Below, in pieces: positions 15,553-29,888 of a DNA stretch of 64,000 nucleotides (the stretch's first letter is position 1; every line of letters starts with the position of its first letter). This DNA is from the human T2T-CHM13v2.0 reference genome, Homo sapiens. The notes below the pieces were generated by a model. That model searched no databases. It had not been told where the DNA came from and worked only from the letters and a program-made list of their open reading frames with translations. Position numbers and translations under genes: made by a program. The stretch is taken from the NCBI RefSeq assembly GCF_009914755.1, contig NC_060926.1. One strand, written 5' to 3'.

Positions 15553-18197
15553 TTAAAGGTAGAAATTTTAATTAATCTTCACACTTCCTAACATACTATG
15601 ACTGAGAACTCTAGAAGTGTTTTTGATGGTGATGTTTTAGAGCTAAAGTACATTATATAACATCCACAGCAAAGAAGGATACGTAATATATGCTGTTATC
15701 TGTCCTTCTAGTTTCATATTTGGTTGTTTAATCAGCGACATCCATCTTAATCAGAAATTATTTTTTCTTTTTTTTTGGAAAAAGCGTCCTTTAAGTAGAG
15801 CCAGAGAATTGTCCCTCTGTGGCACATCAGCCCTTTTTATACGTAGCATGTTTCTAGTCAAACATTTTTGTTCTTGCCCATTATTTCATTTCTAATTGGC
15901 AATTACTTTGATTCTATTACTTGTTTATTAAAGTTCAGCAGTAAATGGGTCTAAAATAAATGTCAATTAAATACAAACACATTTTAGTAATTGGCATTTA
16001 TTTCTAAAGGAGAATGTGATAGGAAATTAGAGCTCACAGTTTAGGAAAGCTAAAATATTCAAAATACAACTGAGTATGTAACCAATTTACAGTATTGTCA
16101 CTTACTTCTCTAAGTGTTCATTTATATGCTCACAAAATGCAAAAAATACAAGCTTTTACTAAGTGCTGGTAAAGTGTGGAAAACCCCAGCTATTAAATCA
16201 TTTTTGTCTCCTTTCAGGCTCCATTATTTACAATTGGTGGAACTGTGGGTAAAGAACTTTACCTAAGAGTTGACTTTCTTCATTAAGAAAATACAGGTAA
16301 TGATACCTACTTCACATATTTGATGAAGGAATGACTAAGTTGAATATCACATGCAAAGTACCTGGCTTGTAATAAGCAGTAATCAATGTTAGTTCCCTTT
16401 TTCTTCCATCGCAACACATTACATAACAATTTTACTGAACAGCAAAGACAGACAAAGAGGGAGAGGGTCAGTAGAGGTGATATGGCAGATACATCAATGG
16501 AGACAGAAATGTTTATGCAAACAGGGTTGAAATGATCAGTAAGGTACCACAGGTCAAGCAATTGGAAGCGGGGAGGGTGTGACCCCTTAGAGGCTTTCGC
16601 AGGCATAGCAGACAAAGACAAGCGGGTTTCAAAGATTTCTGCATCCTTTGACAAAGGCGTGAAAAGCCACAGTTTCAGCAAGAATGTTACGAATAACCCA
16701 ACTCCAGTGAAACTCACTCTGCCACTGGAACTTCGGGCTCTTGTAGAGTTCAGGCTGGTGCACGTGGAGAGAGAAAAAGAAGGCAGGAAATATTTCCAGG
16801 TATGTTTCAGAAAGGGAAACAGAAACCCATGGATGGGGCAATGGTGGATTAGTGAAGAAGATTAGATGTCACTGATGTGGGGGTCTCAGCCCACTCCATG
16901 ACCTTCATCTGTCAGATTGCTAGTGAGACATGCTAATGGGTCCCTGAGGAACTGTAACCACCCACGTGTTCACTTTGTGAGTGGTGTCACATTTGAGAAA
17001 CGTGGTTCAACAGCTAAAATTCAAGCAAAAGAAATTTACTGCTCTCAAAGGACATGAAATGGGATCCAAAGCATTGCCCATGGCAACAGTTCTAAACTGT
17101 TTTCTCACATGACTCTCACTCTCATTCAGCAAAACCCCAATCCTAGTTTTCTCTCTCTTCCTGCTGTCCGTCATCACAAACCTTTTGTCCTTCTACTCCC
17201 ACCATCATTGTATCACTATTATGTGATTGATGGACTAAACCATTCTCCTCAAGTATTTTTCATTCCATTTAGCTCTCTTATCAAATAATTATTTGCCTGT
17301 TTTTTGTTATGTATCTTAAGTGTGCATTACAACATCTAGGGATTGTGTGTGTGTGTGGTGTGTGTGTGTGTGTCTGGAGACAGGAGAACGGTTTGGTCTG
17401 GTGCACTGAAAGTATTAAGCAGACACAAAATATCTGAGAAGGTACAAAAGATAGACTATGAATATTCCCATATTTGTACATTTTATCCTGTCAGAATAGT
17501 CAGTGTTTAAGGAGAAATGTTTGGGTTCTATTTCAACATGAACATAAAGAAATTCTGATAATCTGTGTGTAGTATGGTCTCCATGGATAGCCTGTGTTTT
17601 CATCTGGCTTCCACTTGATAGTTCCAAGAATAGAAATATCTCCTATATAAATTCATAAGAAATGAGTGTTGTCATGGGAAAACTGAGATGGATAAAATTA
17701 TTATGAGTTCCTTAAGGGAAGGAACCATTTCTTTTCCATAGTTCCTAACAGTGTTCAAAACACAATGGGCTTCTCAGATTCAATAAACCAACATTTCCTT
17801 TACTAAGAGGCCAGTATCTTCACATCATAGTGCTAACACAGCTTCTTCAACCCTGAGTACATTTTGAAAGGTCTTATAATATCTGTGGTTTGGGACTTTA
17901 TAATTATGGCTGGGGCCATTAATCTTACAGCCTTCCTTTTTTATTATATATAAGATTGAGACTGAGTTTTTGTTACAGATTGCTAGCCTGTAGCAGTCAG
18001 TTGTGGAGATTAGACATCACCGAGACAGATAACAAAGAAAAATGGATAACAAATTGGAAAAGATTAGGTAGCTCCACACCACAATATTAAACAAAGTCTT
18101 CTGAGGTCTAACAGCCCAAGACTCATCGTATGTTACTACCACTTTTTCATCTGTCAAAGGGACTTGCTGTTAAAACAAGGCCTTAGCTGTGCGTGTG

Positions 18198-18198
<1 letters not shown>

Positions 18199-18235
<37 letters not shown>
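18199..18235 (+). repeat. (CA)n microsatellite
   Basis: Seen directly in the sequence. Confidence 0.95.
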
Positions 18236-18237
<2 letters not shown>

Positions 18238-18799
18238 TATATGTATATGTCCAAGTCCTTTCACTTAAAAAGAACTCAAATTAACAAATAGGCACATTTC
18301 TAAAATGCCACTGTAAGCCAAAGGAATAAAAATGTGATTTTAAAGTTGATGGAGGTTATAAGAAAATGACCCAAAAGGCATTATAGTAAGTAATAAGCCT
18401 AAAATGTCTTGCTGTAGAATGTTTTCAGTAATTCACCTTCGAAGTTCATACACAAAAAATAAATTCAAGGATAATGGACGTATAATATATTTTAAAAATC
18501 TGATTCCATCAAAAAGCTATTTCAGTGGAGTTCCTTCTTAATATACTACTAGACAGATCTGGAAATTGAGTTATTATTTATAGAAAAAAGATAAATGATT
18601 TGCAAACCACTGCATAGACATCTCTTGCATTCCATTGCAAATTATTTTTAAGTCTAAATAAATATCAGTTCTATTACCTATCTTTCAGCTCCAGTTTTCT
18701 GTTTTCTAAAAAATGTTTTTGGTCTTGTAACTTCTGAAATACAAATCCTTTAATCACAATGAAAGCCCTCGTTAGCTAGCATGCTAAAGAGGTAGTTAT

Positions 18800-19010
18800 A
18801 GCTTAAATATATTACAATTTTATTATGTACAAGGCATGGTTCTAGGCAATTTATTTCTATGATAAACTTAGGAGGAAAGTACTACTACAGATTAGGAAGC
18901 TGAGGCCAGAGAAATTTAATAACTTGCCCAAGATCACACAGTTTGCAATAAGCCTGGGTCTGGAGCCTAAAAATGCTATCTCCGGAGCCCATACTCTTAA
19001 CCAATACAAC
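18800..19010 (-). mobile_element. MIR
   Basis: acagattaggaagctgaggccagagaaatttaataacttgcccaagatcacacag is the MIR core. Other MIR relics lie near 55-400, 16250-16400, 52720-52900 and 53930-54740. Confidence 0.75.
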
Positions 19011-21003
19011 CAAGTATCTAATTTATGTTAACAGATACAAAAATAGAATAGCCATTTGGGACAAAGGAGGGAAGAGCACCCAAAATATATTAGAACACAC
19101 ATAGGAAGACAAATTTTGTGTCACAACAAGGTCTGATTTCTAATGGGATTAATACAAATGCTCAGAAAGTTCAATGGATTTTAGGAGGACAGGAATCCAT
19201 TAGGCAAAGATGTTGAATGAGATCATTATAAAGACACTCATTCAAAATCACTTAGGGAATGACTTGCATGGAGTTAAAAAGATGATTTGGGTCATTTACC
19301 AAAATCTTTGATGTGTGTGATAAATGAGCGGTTTAGTCAATAACAGTCAGGGTGGAGGGTGGTGTAGGTGGACGTCAAGAGCATGGAAAAAGGTGCCCCT
19401 CCCCATCTCACTCCCTCGCCTCACAATATTTTAATCTATTATTCCAATTCAGTTTTATATGAGAAAAATGAGGGATAGAGGGGCTAAGCAAGTGTAGTTA
19501 GAAACTCTTGGAGACAAGATTCAAACTCATGTAGAAACACCCACCTTGAGCTCAGACACTAGGCTACCTTTCAAAGCAAAGAACCAGAGGCATCATCATG
19601 CTTTTTGGAAGGAAGATTCAGGGGGCTTTGTCCTGAAATATGGTCAGATAAAAGACTTTGGTAGGAGGGATAGGAAGAGAGGAGAAAAAGAAAAGTGATG
19701 TCTAATTTTTCTCTACCTCCTTACATATTTTAAAAAGTATTCAACGTATATTATACTCTTACTCTTAATGTAATTTACTATTGATAAGACCATGTTTTGT
19801 TTCTTATCCCTCAGGAAAAAAAAATCTCTGAGCCCATTGTATATACTAACAGAAATGACTTACTATTTCATGAGAATGTTGCAAAACTGCATGATGGTAA
19901 TCAATCTTTCTCTTCTGAACCAAAGCAGGCAGATTCCTGTCCAGTATACAACTATAAGGACCCTTAGACATTTGTTTATTCCACTAAGAATGTATAGCAA
20001 GTCTTTTCAATAAAAATAGTTGGTATTTAAAATTATGCATTTCAATGAAATTTAGAAATGTAGAAGTGATGGTTGTCCATCATTGTATTGCTTTAAAAAA
20101 CTTTTAAATTTATCATTGTATTTTTTGTAGTAAAGCCAATTTCTTTATTCTGGGAAACCTTCACTGGCATATGTTTTAAACGACTAGTTTAATGCTGTAT
20201 TCTAATTCTTGAGTACAGAGTTTGAATTGATGCCACAGAAAATATTTTTGAAAAAATTATCTAGATCAACATTTTTGTTTAATGAAGCACAGAAAGGTAG
20301 GAGAATAAAAGTGGCTGATCAAGATAACTACCTGTTTGATGACTTTTCCTTTGTGCATTTTTATTCAAGCTTTTTTCTTTCTTTTATGTATTTCTCTTAC
20401 TTATATTTTGCCAAGAACTTTAAGAGAAATGTCACTGCATAATTTTCTCTCCATTTTTCTCCTGTGTAGAAAGAGCACCTACAATTGGCAAAAGAATCAC
20501 CTCTAAATTGAACATAATGTGTTCTTGCTGAGCAGGAAAGAATTAAATAAAAGTTGCATACAGCTGCTTGCAACAATCTAGGCTTGAAAGATTGCCAAAT
20601 GGGTTAGCAGTTTGATCTGCTTGTTCATCTTTCTCAGCTCCCTGTAGATACCACATCCCTTGCCCCAATCCTCTAGTGTAACCAGTGGTCTCTCCCCTTC
20701 CTCCTCTCTAAACTTTGAAATAAAAGTCCTGAATGAGGGAACACCAATAGGAGAGGAAAGACACATGTGAAACATCTTGGTAAATGTTATGAAAAGGGAA
20801 AGCTGAATGTCTGCACATGTTTTCAGTTATTCATAAACATCTTCCTTTTGCTTTCTAGTTTTCAAGTGATGAGAAATTAGAGAAAAAAAGGGAAAATAGT
20901 TCCTTAAGTTCTATTTAATTGTGAAACTGAATTCTATGAAACACTTTCATTAGTAAACAAGGATGAACTTGTGAGTTGTGATGAAATCTGTGAATGATGG
21001 TTG

Positions 21004-21557
21004 TGAGGCAGGAGAACAGGGTCTGAAGGCAGGGAACCTAACGCCGATCTGTGCTGATTTCCTAGAATGGAATCAAAAGGAAAACCCCACCTCTCCACTC
21101 TCGAGTAACAAAAGGATCAAAGGCTACTCCTTTTGCAACACCCCACTCCCCCATTTCTGCATTGTGGAGGAGAAAGTAAAGTACTTCTGATTGGTCTGCT
21201 CCTGAAACCGGTCAGACTGGTCATGTCGGCCTTGTCTTCATTTGCATAGGGGTGTGACTTGGTAACTTCACTTCAGTCTGTTTGGTCACCTTCCAACACC
21301 AGTCTGACTGGTTGGGGGCCACCACTTCATTAATAGGGTGTAAAGCAAGTAACCAATGGGAAACCTCTCCAGGGTATTTAAACATCAGAAAATTCTGTAA
21401 CCAGCACTCTGGAGTCGCTTGCTCAAGGCTACTCCCACTCTGTGTAGAGTACTTTTGTTTTAATAAATCTGTGCTTTTATTTTATTGCTTTGTTCGTGCA
21501 TTTTTCCCAATTCTTTGTTCAAAACACCAAGAACCTGGTCACCCTCCACTGGTAACA
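21004..21557 (+). mobile_element. MER51-family ERV1 solo LTR
   Basis: tgaggcaggagaacagggtctgaaggcagggaacctaa...ccactggtaaca, with TG...CA ends, CCAAT boxes, a TATA-like element and AATAAA. Confidence 0.75.
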
Positions 21558-21792
21558 GAACACTTACATAATTACTCGCACCCATTACAGAGTAAACAAA
21601 AATAGAAGAGAGTAATACTGAATAGAGTCAGTGTAATTGTCATTCAATTTTACACAGTTACTTTAAACACCAAATATACAATCAGGGTTTTATGTTAAAA
21701 AATCAATTATGGAATGCTTCGTAAATCTCTCTTTTACATTAATTAGGTGCTTATTATTTGACTCAATATATAATTTTATTTAGTAAAAATGA

Positions 21793-22167
21793 TGTATTAG
21801 TCCGTTCTCATGCTGCTAATAAAGACCTACCCCAAACTGGGTAATTTATAAAGAAAAGAGATTTAATTGACTGACAGTTCCATGTGGCCGGGGAAGCCTC
21901 AGGAAACTTACAGTCATGGCGGAAGGGGAAGCAAACACATCCATCTTCACATGGTGGTAGGAAGGATAAGAATGAGCAGAAGGAGAAAAGCCCCTTATAA
22001 AACCATCAGATCTTGTAAGAACTCACTCACTATCACCACAGCAGCATGAGGGTAACAGCCCTAAATTACTAAATTACCTCCCACTGGGTCCCTCCTATAA
22101 CACACGGGGATTATGGGAACTACAATTCAAGACGAGATTTGGGTGAGGACACAGCCAAACCATATCA
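21793..22167 (-). mobile_element. THE1 (THE1C-like) MaLR LTR, the 3' LTR of the composite element
   Basis: tgtattagtccgttctcatgctgct...gacacagccaaaccatatca; 375 bp. Confidence 0.92.
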
Positions 22168-23774
22168 TTCTGCCCCTGGCCTCTCTTAAGTCTCATGACC
22201 TCACATTTCAAAATGTAATCATGCCCTCCCAACAGACCCCCAAAAGTCTTAGCTCATTACAGCATTAACCTAAAAGTCCATGTCCAAAGTCTCATCTGAG
22301 ACAAGTACCTTCCACCTATGAGTCTGTAAAATTGAAAGCAAGTTAGTTACTTCCTAGATACAGTGGGGTTCAGACATTGGGTAAATACACTCATTCCAAA
22401 TGGGAGAAATTGGCCAAAATGAAGGGGCTCCAGGTGCCATTCAAGTCCAAAATCCAGCGGGGCAGTCAACCATTAAAACTCTGTAATGATCTCCTTTGGC
22501 TCCATGTCTCACATCCAGGTCACGTTGATGCAAGAGGTGGGCTCTGAAGGCCTTGGGCAGCTCTGCCCCTGTGGCTCTGCAGGGTACAGCCTTCCTCCTG
22601 GCTGCTTTCAAGGCCTGGCACTGAGTATCTGCAGCTTTTCCAGGCACACAGTGAAGCTGTCGATGGATCTACCATTCTGGGGTCCAAAGGATGGTGGCCC
22701 TCTTCTCACAGCTCCTCTAGGCAGTGCCTCAGTAGGGACTCTGTGTGGGGGCTACAACCCCACTTTGCCCTTCCGTACTGCCCTAGCAGAGGTTCTCCAT
22801 GAGAGCTCTTCCACTGCAACAAACTTCTTCCTGGACATGCAGACATTTCCATACATCCTTAGAAATCTAGGCAGAGGTTCTCAAACCTCAATTCTTGACT
22901 TCTGTGCACCTGCAGGCTCAACACCACGTGGAAGCTGCCAAGGCTTGGGGATTGCACCCTCTGAAGCCATGTCCTGAACTGTATGTTGGCTCCTTTTAGC
23001 AATGGCCGGAATGCAGGGCAGCAAGTCCTGAGATTGCACAAAGCAGCAAGGCCCTGGGACCAGCCCATGAAACCATTTTTTCCTCCTAGGCCTTTTGGCT
23101 TGTGATGCGAGGGTTGCCATGAAGACCTCTGACATGCCCTGGAGACATTTTCCCCATTGTCTTGGTGATTAACATTTGGCTCCTTACTTATGCCAATTTT
23201 TGCAGCCAGCTTGAATTTCTCATCAGAAAATAAGTTTTTCTTTTCTATTGCATTATCAGCCTGCAAATTTGCTGAACTTTAATTCTCTGCTTCCTTTTTA
23301 AACATAAGTTCCAATTCCAAACAATATCTTTGTGAATGCATAAAACTGAATGCCTTTAGCAGCACCCTAGTCATATCTTGAATGCTTTGCTGTTTAGAAA
23401 TTTCTTCTGCCAGATACCCTAAATCATATGTCTCAAGTTCAAAGTTCCCCAGGTCTCTAGGGCAGGGGCAAAATGCTGCCAGTCTCTTTGCTAAAGCATA
23501 GCAAGAATCACCTTTATTTCAGTTCCAAATAAATTCCTCATATCCATTTGAGACCACCTCAGCCTGCACTTCATTCTCCATATCACTATCAGCATTTTGG
23601 TCAAAACCACTCAACAAGTCTCTGGGAAGTTGCAAACTTTCCCACATCTTCCTATCTTCTTCTGAGCTCTCCATATTCAAACAGGGAAACAATCTCTGCC
23701 TGTTGTCCATTTCCAAAGTTGCTTCCACATTTCCAGGTATTTTTTAGCAACACCTCACTCCTGCTATCAAAATC
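22168..23774 (-). mobile_element. THE1 internal region (about 1.6 kb)
   Basis: Starts with the reverse-complement PPT ttctgcccctggcc, has a typical THE1-int body, and ends in a PBS-like cacctcactcctgctatcaaaatc. Confidence 0.9.
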
Positions 23775-24337
23775 TGTTATTAGTCAGCGTTCTCTAGAGG
23801 AACAGAACTAAAAGGATATATAGGAAAGAGAGTTTATGAAGGAAAATTGACTCACAGGATCACAAGGTAAGGTCTCAGGATAGGACATCTGCAAATTGAG
23901 AATCAAGGATCCCAGTGTAAATCAGCCTGAGTCCCAAAACCTCAAAAGTAGGGAAGCCAACTGTCCAGCCTTCAGTCTGTGGCCAAAGTGGCCAAAGGCC
24001 CAAGAGCCTCTGGCAAACCACTGGTGTTAAGTCCAAGAGTCCAAAAGCTGAAGAACTTGGAGTCTGATGTCTGAGGGCAGGAAGCATTCAGTGTGGGTGA
24101 AAGATGAAGGCCGGAAGACTCAGCAAGTCTGCTCTTCCATCTGCTCCTCTCTGTTTTATTCTAGCAGCACCAGCAGCTGATTAGATGGTGCCCACCCATA
24201 TTGAGGGTGAGTCTGCCTCTCCCAGTCCACTTACTCAAATGTTAATTTCTTTTAGCAACACCCTCATAGACACAACCAGGAAAAATACTTCGTATCCTTC
24301 AATCCAATCAAGTTGACACTCAATATTAACCATCACA
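23775..24337 (-). mobile_element. MLT2A (MLT2A2-like, HERV-L) LTR in the 5' LTR position
   Basis: tgttattagtcagcgttctctagaggaacagaact...caatccaatcaagttgacactcaatattaaccatcaca; about 560 bp. Confidence 0.88.
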
Positions 24338-26229
24338 GATGAGTGTTTTACTTGGAGAAAATTTAACTCAGTTTTACCAACCTAGCATTTTAACCTCTAC
24401 GCCTAATTCTTCCAGGCTTAGAAATTTTTGCAAATTCTCATATAGCAGGATGACTTAAACTTTACGTGAAGTACATTTTTTAAAATGTGGAAGATCACCA
24501 GATGTCTCTTACTGTGAATCACTTCACATTAATGTTCCTTGCTTTGTATTTTGTGGTTCTAAAACATTTTAAAATTCAAAAGTATTCAAAGCAAAGTTAA
24601 TTCCACCTTATTTTCCTTATTAAAGGAAATATGCAATACAGAATTTGTTTAGAAAAAGGTAACAAAAAAAGCATTCTTAAATTCCAAAAATCTCTAATTC
24701 TTTTTTAAAAACTCACCATTTTAAAAAATGTTAGGAGTTACTACTTCGAAGAAAAGTTAATTATTCAAATTGCTTTGTCTTTCTCCATCTATTATGTTTG
24801 AACGGTGTGAAAACCTTTCTCATATCAGTGACATTCAGTTATAGCATGATATATTTTTTCAATAAAATTCACATATTTTAGTGAAAATGCTTGTTAAAAT
24901 GTACTTAAAAATAAGTTTCAGAGAAACAATGAAACCTGAAGGCTGCCCTCAGATAGACAATTTGAATTCCAGAGACCTACTATTTCAAGATATTTTGATC
25001 ACTTCAGCTCTTCATTGGAAGCCAACAAGTCTGCTCCATACTAGAAATTGCAAGCTGCTTGAGGCTCTCAGAGGCCCCCAAATCAGGCTCTTAATACCTA
25101 CCTCACATAACATGCAAATTAGAAATAGGGTTCTTTAAGTGCCTGTGATATACCAGGCCCAGGAGGTCACAGGCATTTAAAGCACTGTGATTTTTATTAT
25201 TGAAATTAATGACATAGAAGTTTCGCAAAACAACAGAGAACTAAATATTCTCTAAGAGGGGACTCGTGTATTTGGTAGTTGGCTCATTTGTAGCATGCCC
25301 ATATGTTCTATGCCAATTTCAAACTAACACATGGCCTGAAATGTCTGCATCATATTAGGCTTTGCTAATCATTTTACCATCATAGAAATCTTATGCTAGG
25401 CCAGTGCTACTTACACCTCTTCCTAGAATCAATAGGAGAATTCTGAAGATAGTCAGATTCTCTTCTTTAAACAAAAGGTACTCAGGCAGAATCTCTGAGT
25501 GAATTCAGATACATACCCACGATTGGAAACCTTAATCTAGTTACCTGTGGACATGACGAACCTTGGCCTTTCGTGCTAGTGCTAGACCATGCTACACAAC
25601 ATCTCTGCTGGTCACCTTCATGTAATATTTTTTCTTCCAACAAGCTATGGTCATAAAGAAGATTTAAGGTTCATCAGTGGAAACTGAATCTAAACATAGT
25701 TGAAGGTGGAAAATTGCCATTTTAAGAGCTAGAGCAGTAAGCTTGTGGGGTACAGAGGAGTTAATCTTTGAGACAGAAACTCTTGTTTAATCTGACAGGG
25801 ACCACTTTTCTAAACCTTTTAGTCAAACATAAATAAAATCTACTCATTAGTCTTGTGGAAAACTTGAATGCAAAAGTTAGCATGAGTGCAGGTAAGTATA
25901 CAGTTTAATAATTTAAATGAAAAATGTTAGCAGAAAATGATGCTGAAGAGTCAAATGCTTTTTCTTTACAAATTTTGAGCTAAGCTGCCCTACCCCTAAA
26001 GAGGCTAAAGTGATTGTTCTTTCTTGCGAAGTGTGTGTGTATGTGTGTGTGTGTTTTATTCAGCATTTGCTCACAAGAGACTAGGGGCTACGATCAGTTC
26101 ATACCATGCATGAGGTGCTGGCCGAATCTCTTGGTGCTCTTATAGAGAAAAATGATAAGCAACGGAACTGGCCTCAGCCTACCATTACCTTTACAGGGCT
26201 GTTCATATTCACAGGTGGTAGTACCTGGT

Positions 26230-26614
26230 GTACAAGGCCAACTACTAAAAATTTCTAGAATTTTGAGAGCTTTTCATTAAATAACCATTACTAAATATTA
26301 AACTATATAAACCCACAATTAAATGTTATTAAAACAAAGGTAATATATACTAGAAATTCATTATTTCCTGAATAGTTTACAATGTTTTACTATCTTCTGT
26401 GTAATTGAGTTTACTTACATCTACTGAACCTGTATGGTGGAAATACTACATAATGGTGTGATACCTGGACATCTCTTCCAAAATCCACACTGATTGCTCA
26501 AATGGGAAGACGTTAGAAATATTTATACCATGAAAATCAGTAAGCTCAACAAATTGGGGCTTTTTTCCCCTATTTTTGGAGAGTAGTTATTAAATATTTA
26601 TCAGCACGGCACTG
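26230..26614 (+). mobile_element. MER63-like hAT DNA transposon
   Basis: aaacaaaggtaata...ctgtatggtggaaatacta...taaatatttatcagcacggcactg. Confidence 0.65.
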
Positions 26615-26967
26615 ACATATGGTATAATTTAAGACTGAAGAAATCATGCTTTTGGAAAATGCACTATTAAAACTTGTCTAAGGGATCCACACCATATTCT
26701 GTGTGGAGTGTTTCCTAATATGACAATTGACATTTCCACTAAATCAGAAACAGAAAATGAAATTAGCTTTGAACTGAATGAGAGGCAAAAAGACCTAGGG
26801 GAAGATAAAGAGACTAATCCCTAAGGTCTGAACGTGGTCAGAGGGTCTCAGTAGTGGGGGATATCTTCAATGACAACACATGGACAGGGACATGGAAGTT
26901 AATTTTGGGCCTCTCTCTCTCCAAATAACCATTCTTATTAATAACAAAATTATGTTGATAACTAATG

Positions 26968-27126
26968 TTTTTTCTTCTTTTTTTGAGATGAGGTCTCACT
27001 CTGTCACCCAGGCTGGAGCACACTGGTACAATCATGGCTCACTTCAGTCTTGACCTCCTGGACTTAAGTGATCCTCCTACCTCTGACTCTTGAGTAACTG
27101 AGACTACAGGTATACTTCACCATACT

Positions 27127-27174
<48 letters not shown>

Positions 27175-27195
27175 TATATATACACACACACACAC

Positions 27196-27265
<70 letters not shown>

Positions 27266-27381
27266 AAAGATGGGGTCCTACTCTGTTGCCCAGGTTGCTC
27301 TCAAATTCCAGGCTTAAGGGAATCCTCCCACTTCAGCCTCCCAAATTTCTGGGATTACAGCATGAGCCACCACGCCTTGTC
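26968..27381 (-). mobile_element. AluJ with a (TA)n/(CA)n expansion in the central linker
   Basis: Both arms are present; the microsatellite spans about 27130-27250. Confidence 0.88.
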
Positions 27382-27893
27382 AATAACTGGTTTTATTTGT
27401 GCTTTGAAGGGATCAGGCACCTGGGTCTTAAAAGCAGTTGAGGGAGTGCCTAGCCCAGCTGTGACATGACGGGAGTCCTTGGTAGCAGAGGCTGGGAGGT
27501 TGGCAGTAAGAGAATAAGACCAGAGAGGTGAAGCTATGGAATTTACTCCAAGTTTTTGGTTAAGTTATATGTAAAAGATAAGTAGAAACTAATTAATAAT
27601 TATAAACTGTTGAGACTAATATTGTATGTATGTGTGTATGTATAAATTTACATAAATGTTTACTTTTTATGTACTTATTACATACAAATGAATTTTTTAT
27701 ATACTCATATATGTTATGATTTTCAGGAAAAAGTAATAATACTTGCAATGCATGATGAATACGAGGACTAAGATGAGCTAAGGAAGAGAGGGTATGAGAT
27801 AATCTTCTGTTCTACCACCTGGAGGTCAGGTTAAGTACTTCCAAGGAATAAATACTCTGTCACTTTCAAGAAAGTAAGGATTATACTTCTGTA

Positions 27894-27894
<1 letters not shown>

Positions 27895-27954
<60 letters not shown>

Positions 27955-28078
27955 TACACACACACACACTTCATATACATACTATGAAGTATATATACTT
28001 TATAGTGAAGAATATATATATACACACACACACTTCATATATATACATATATCATATTTATGTGAAGTATATATATAA

Positions 28079-28080
<2 letters not shown>
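27895..28080. repeat. Complex (TA)n/(CA)n microsatellite with fold-back units at the NUMT left junction
   Basis: Seen directly in the sequence. Confidence 0.9.
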
Positions 28081-29819
<1,739 letters not shown>

Positions 29820-29888
29820 TAAAAGTGATCAGGCCATGATGAAATCTTCTGGCCATAAGCCAGATGCTTTGGGTTAAGCTACACTTTG
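29820..29888 (-). pseudogene. mt tRNA-Val pseudogene
   Basis: Lies between 12S and 16S; matches the reverse complement of caaagtgtagcttaacccaaagca. Confidence 0.88.

Noticed and set aside
16307-16865. Overlapping 136/70/68-aa ORFs in non-Alu sequence as a hidden exon or gene
   Set aside because: No recognisable protein similarity, partly MIR-derived, and no convincing splice-site pair.
21708-21726. U6 snRNA 3'-end-like match (tatggaatgcttcgtaaat)
   Set aside because: Under 20 nt with several mismatches and no extension; chance similarity.
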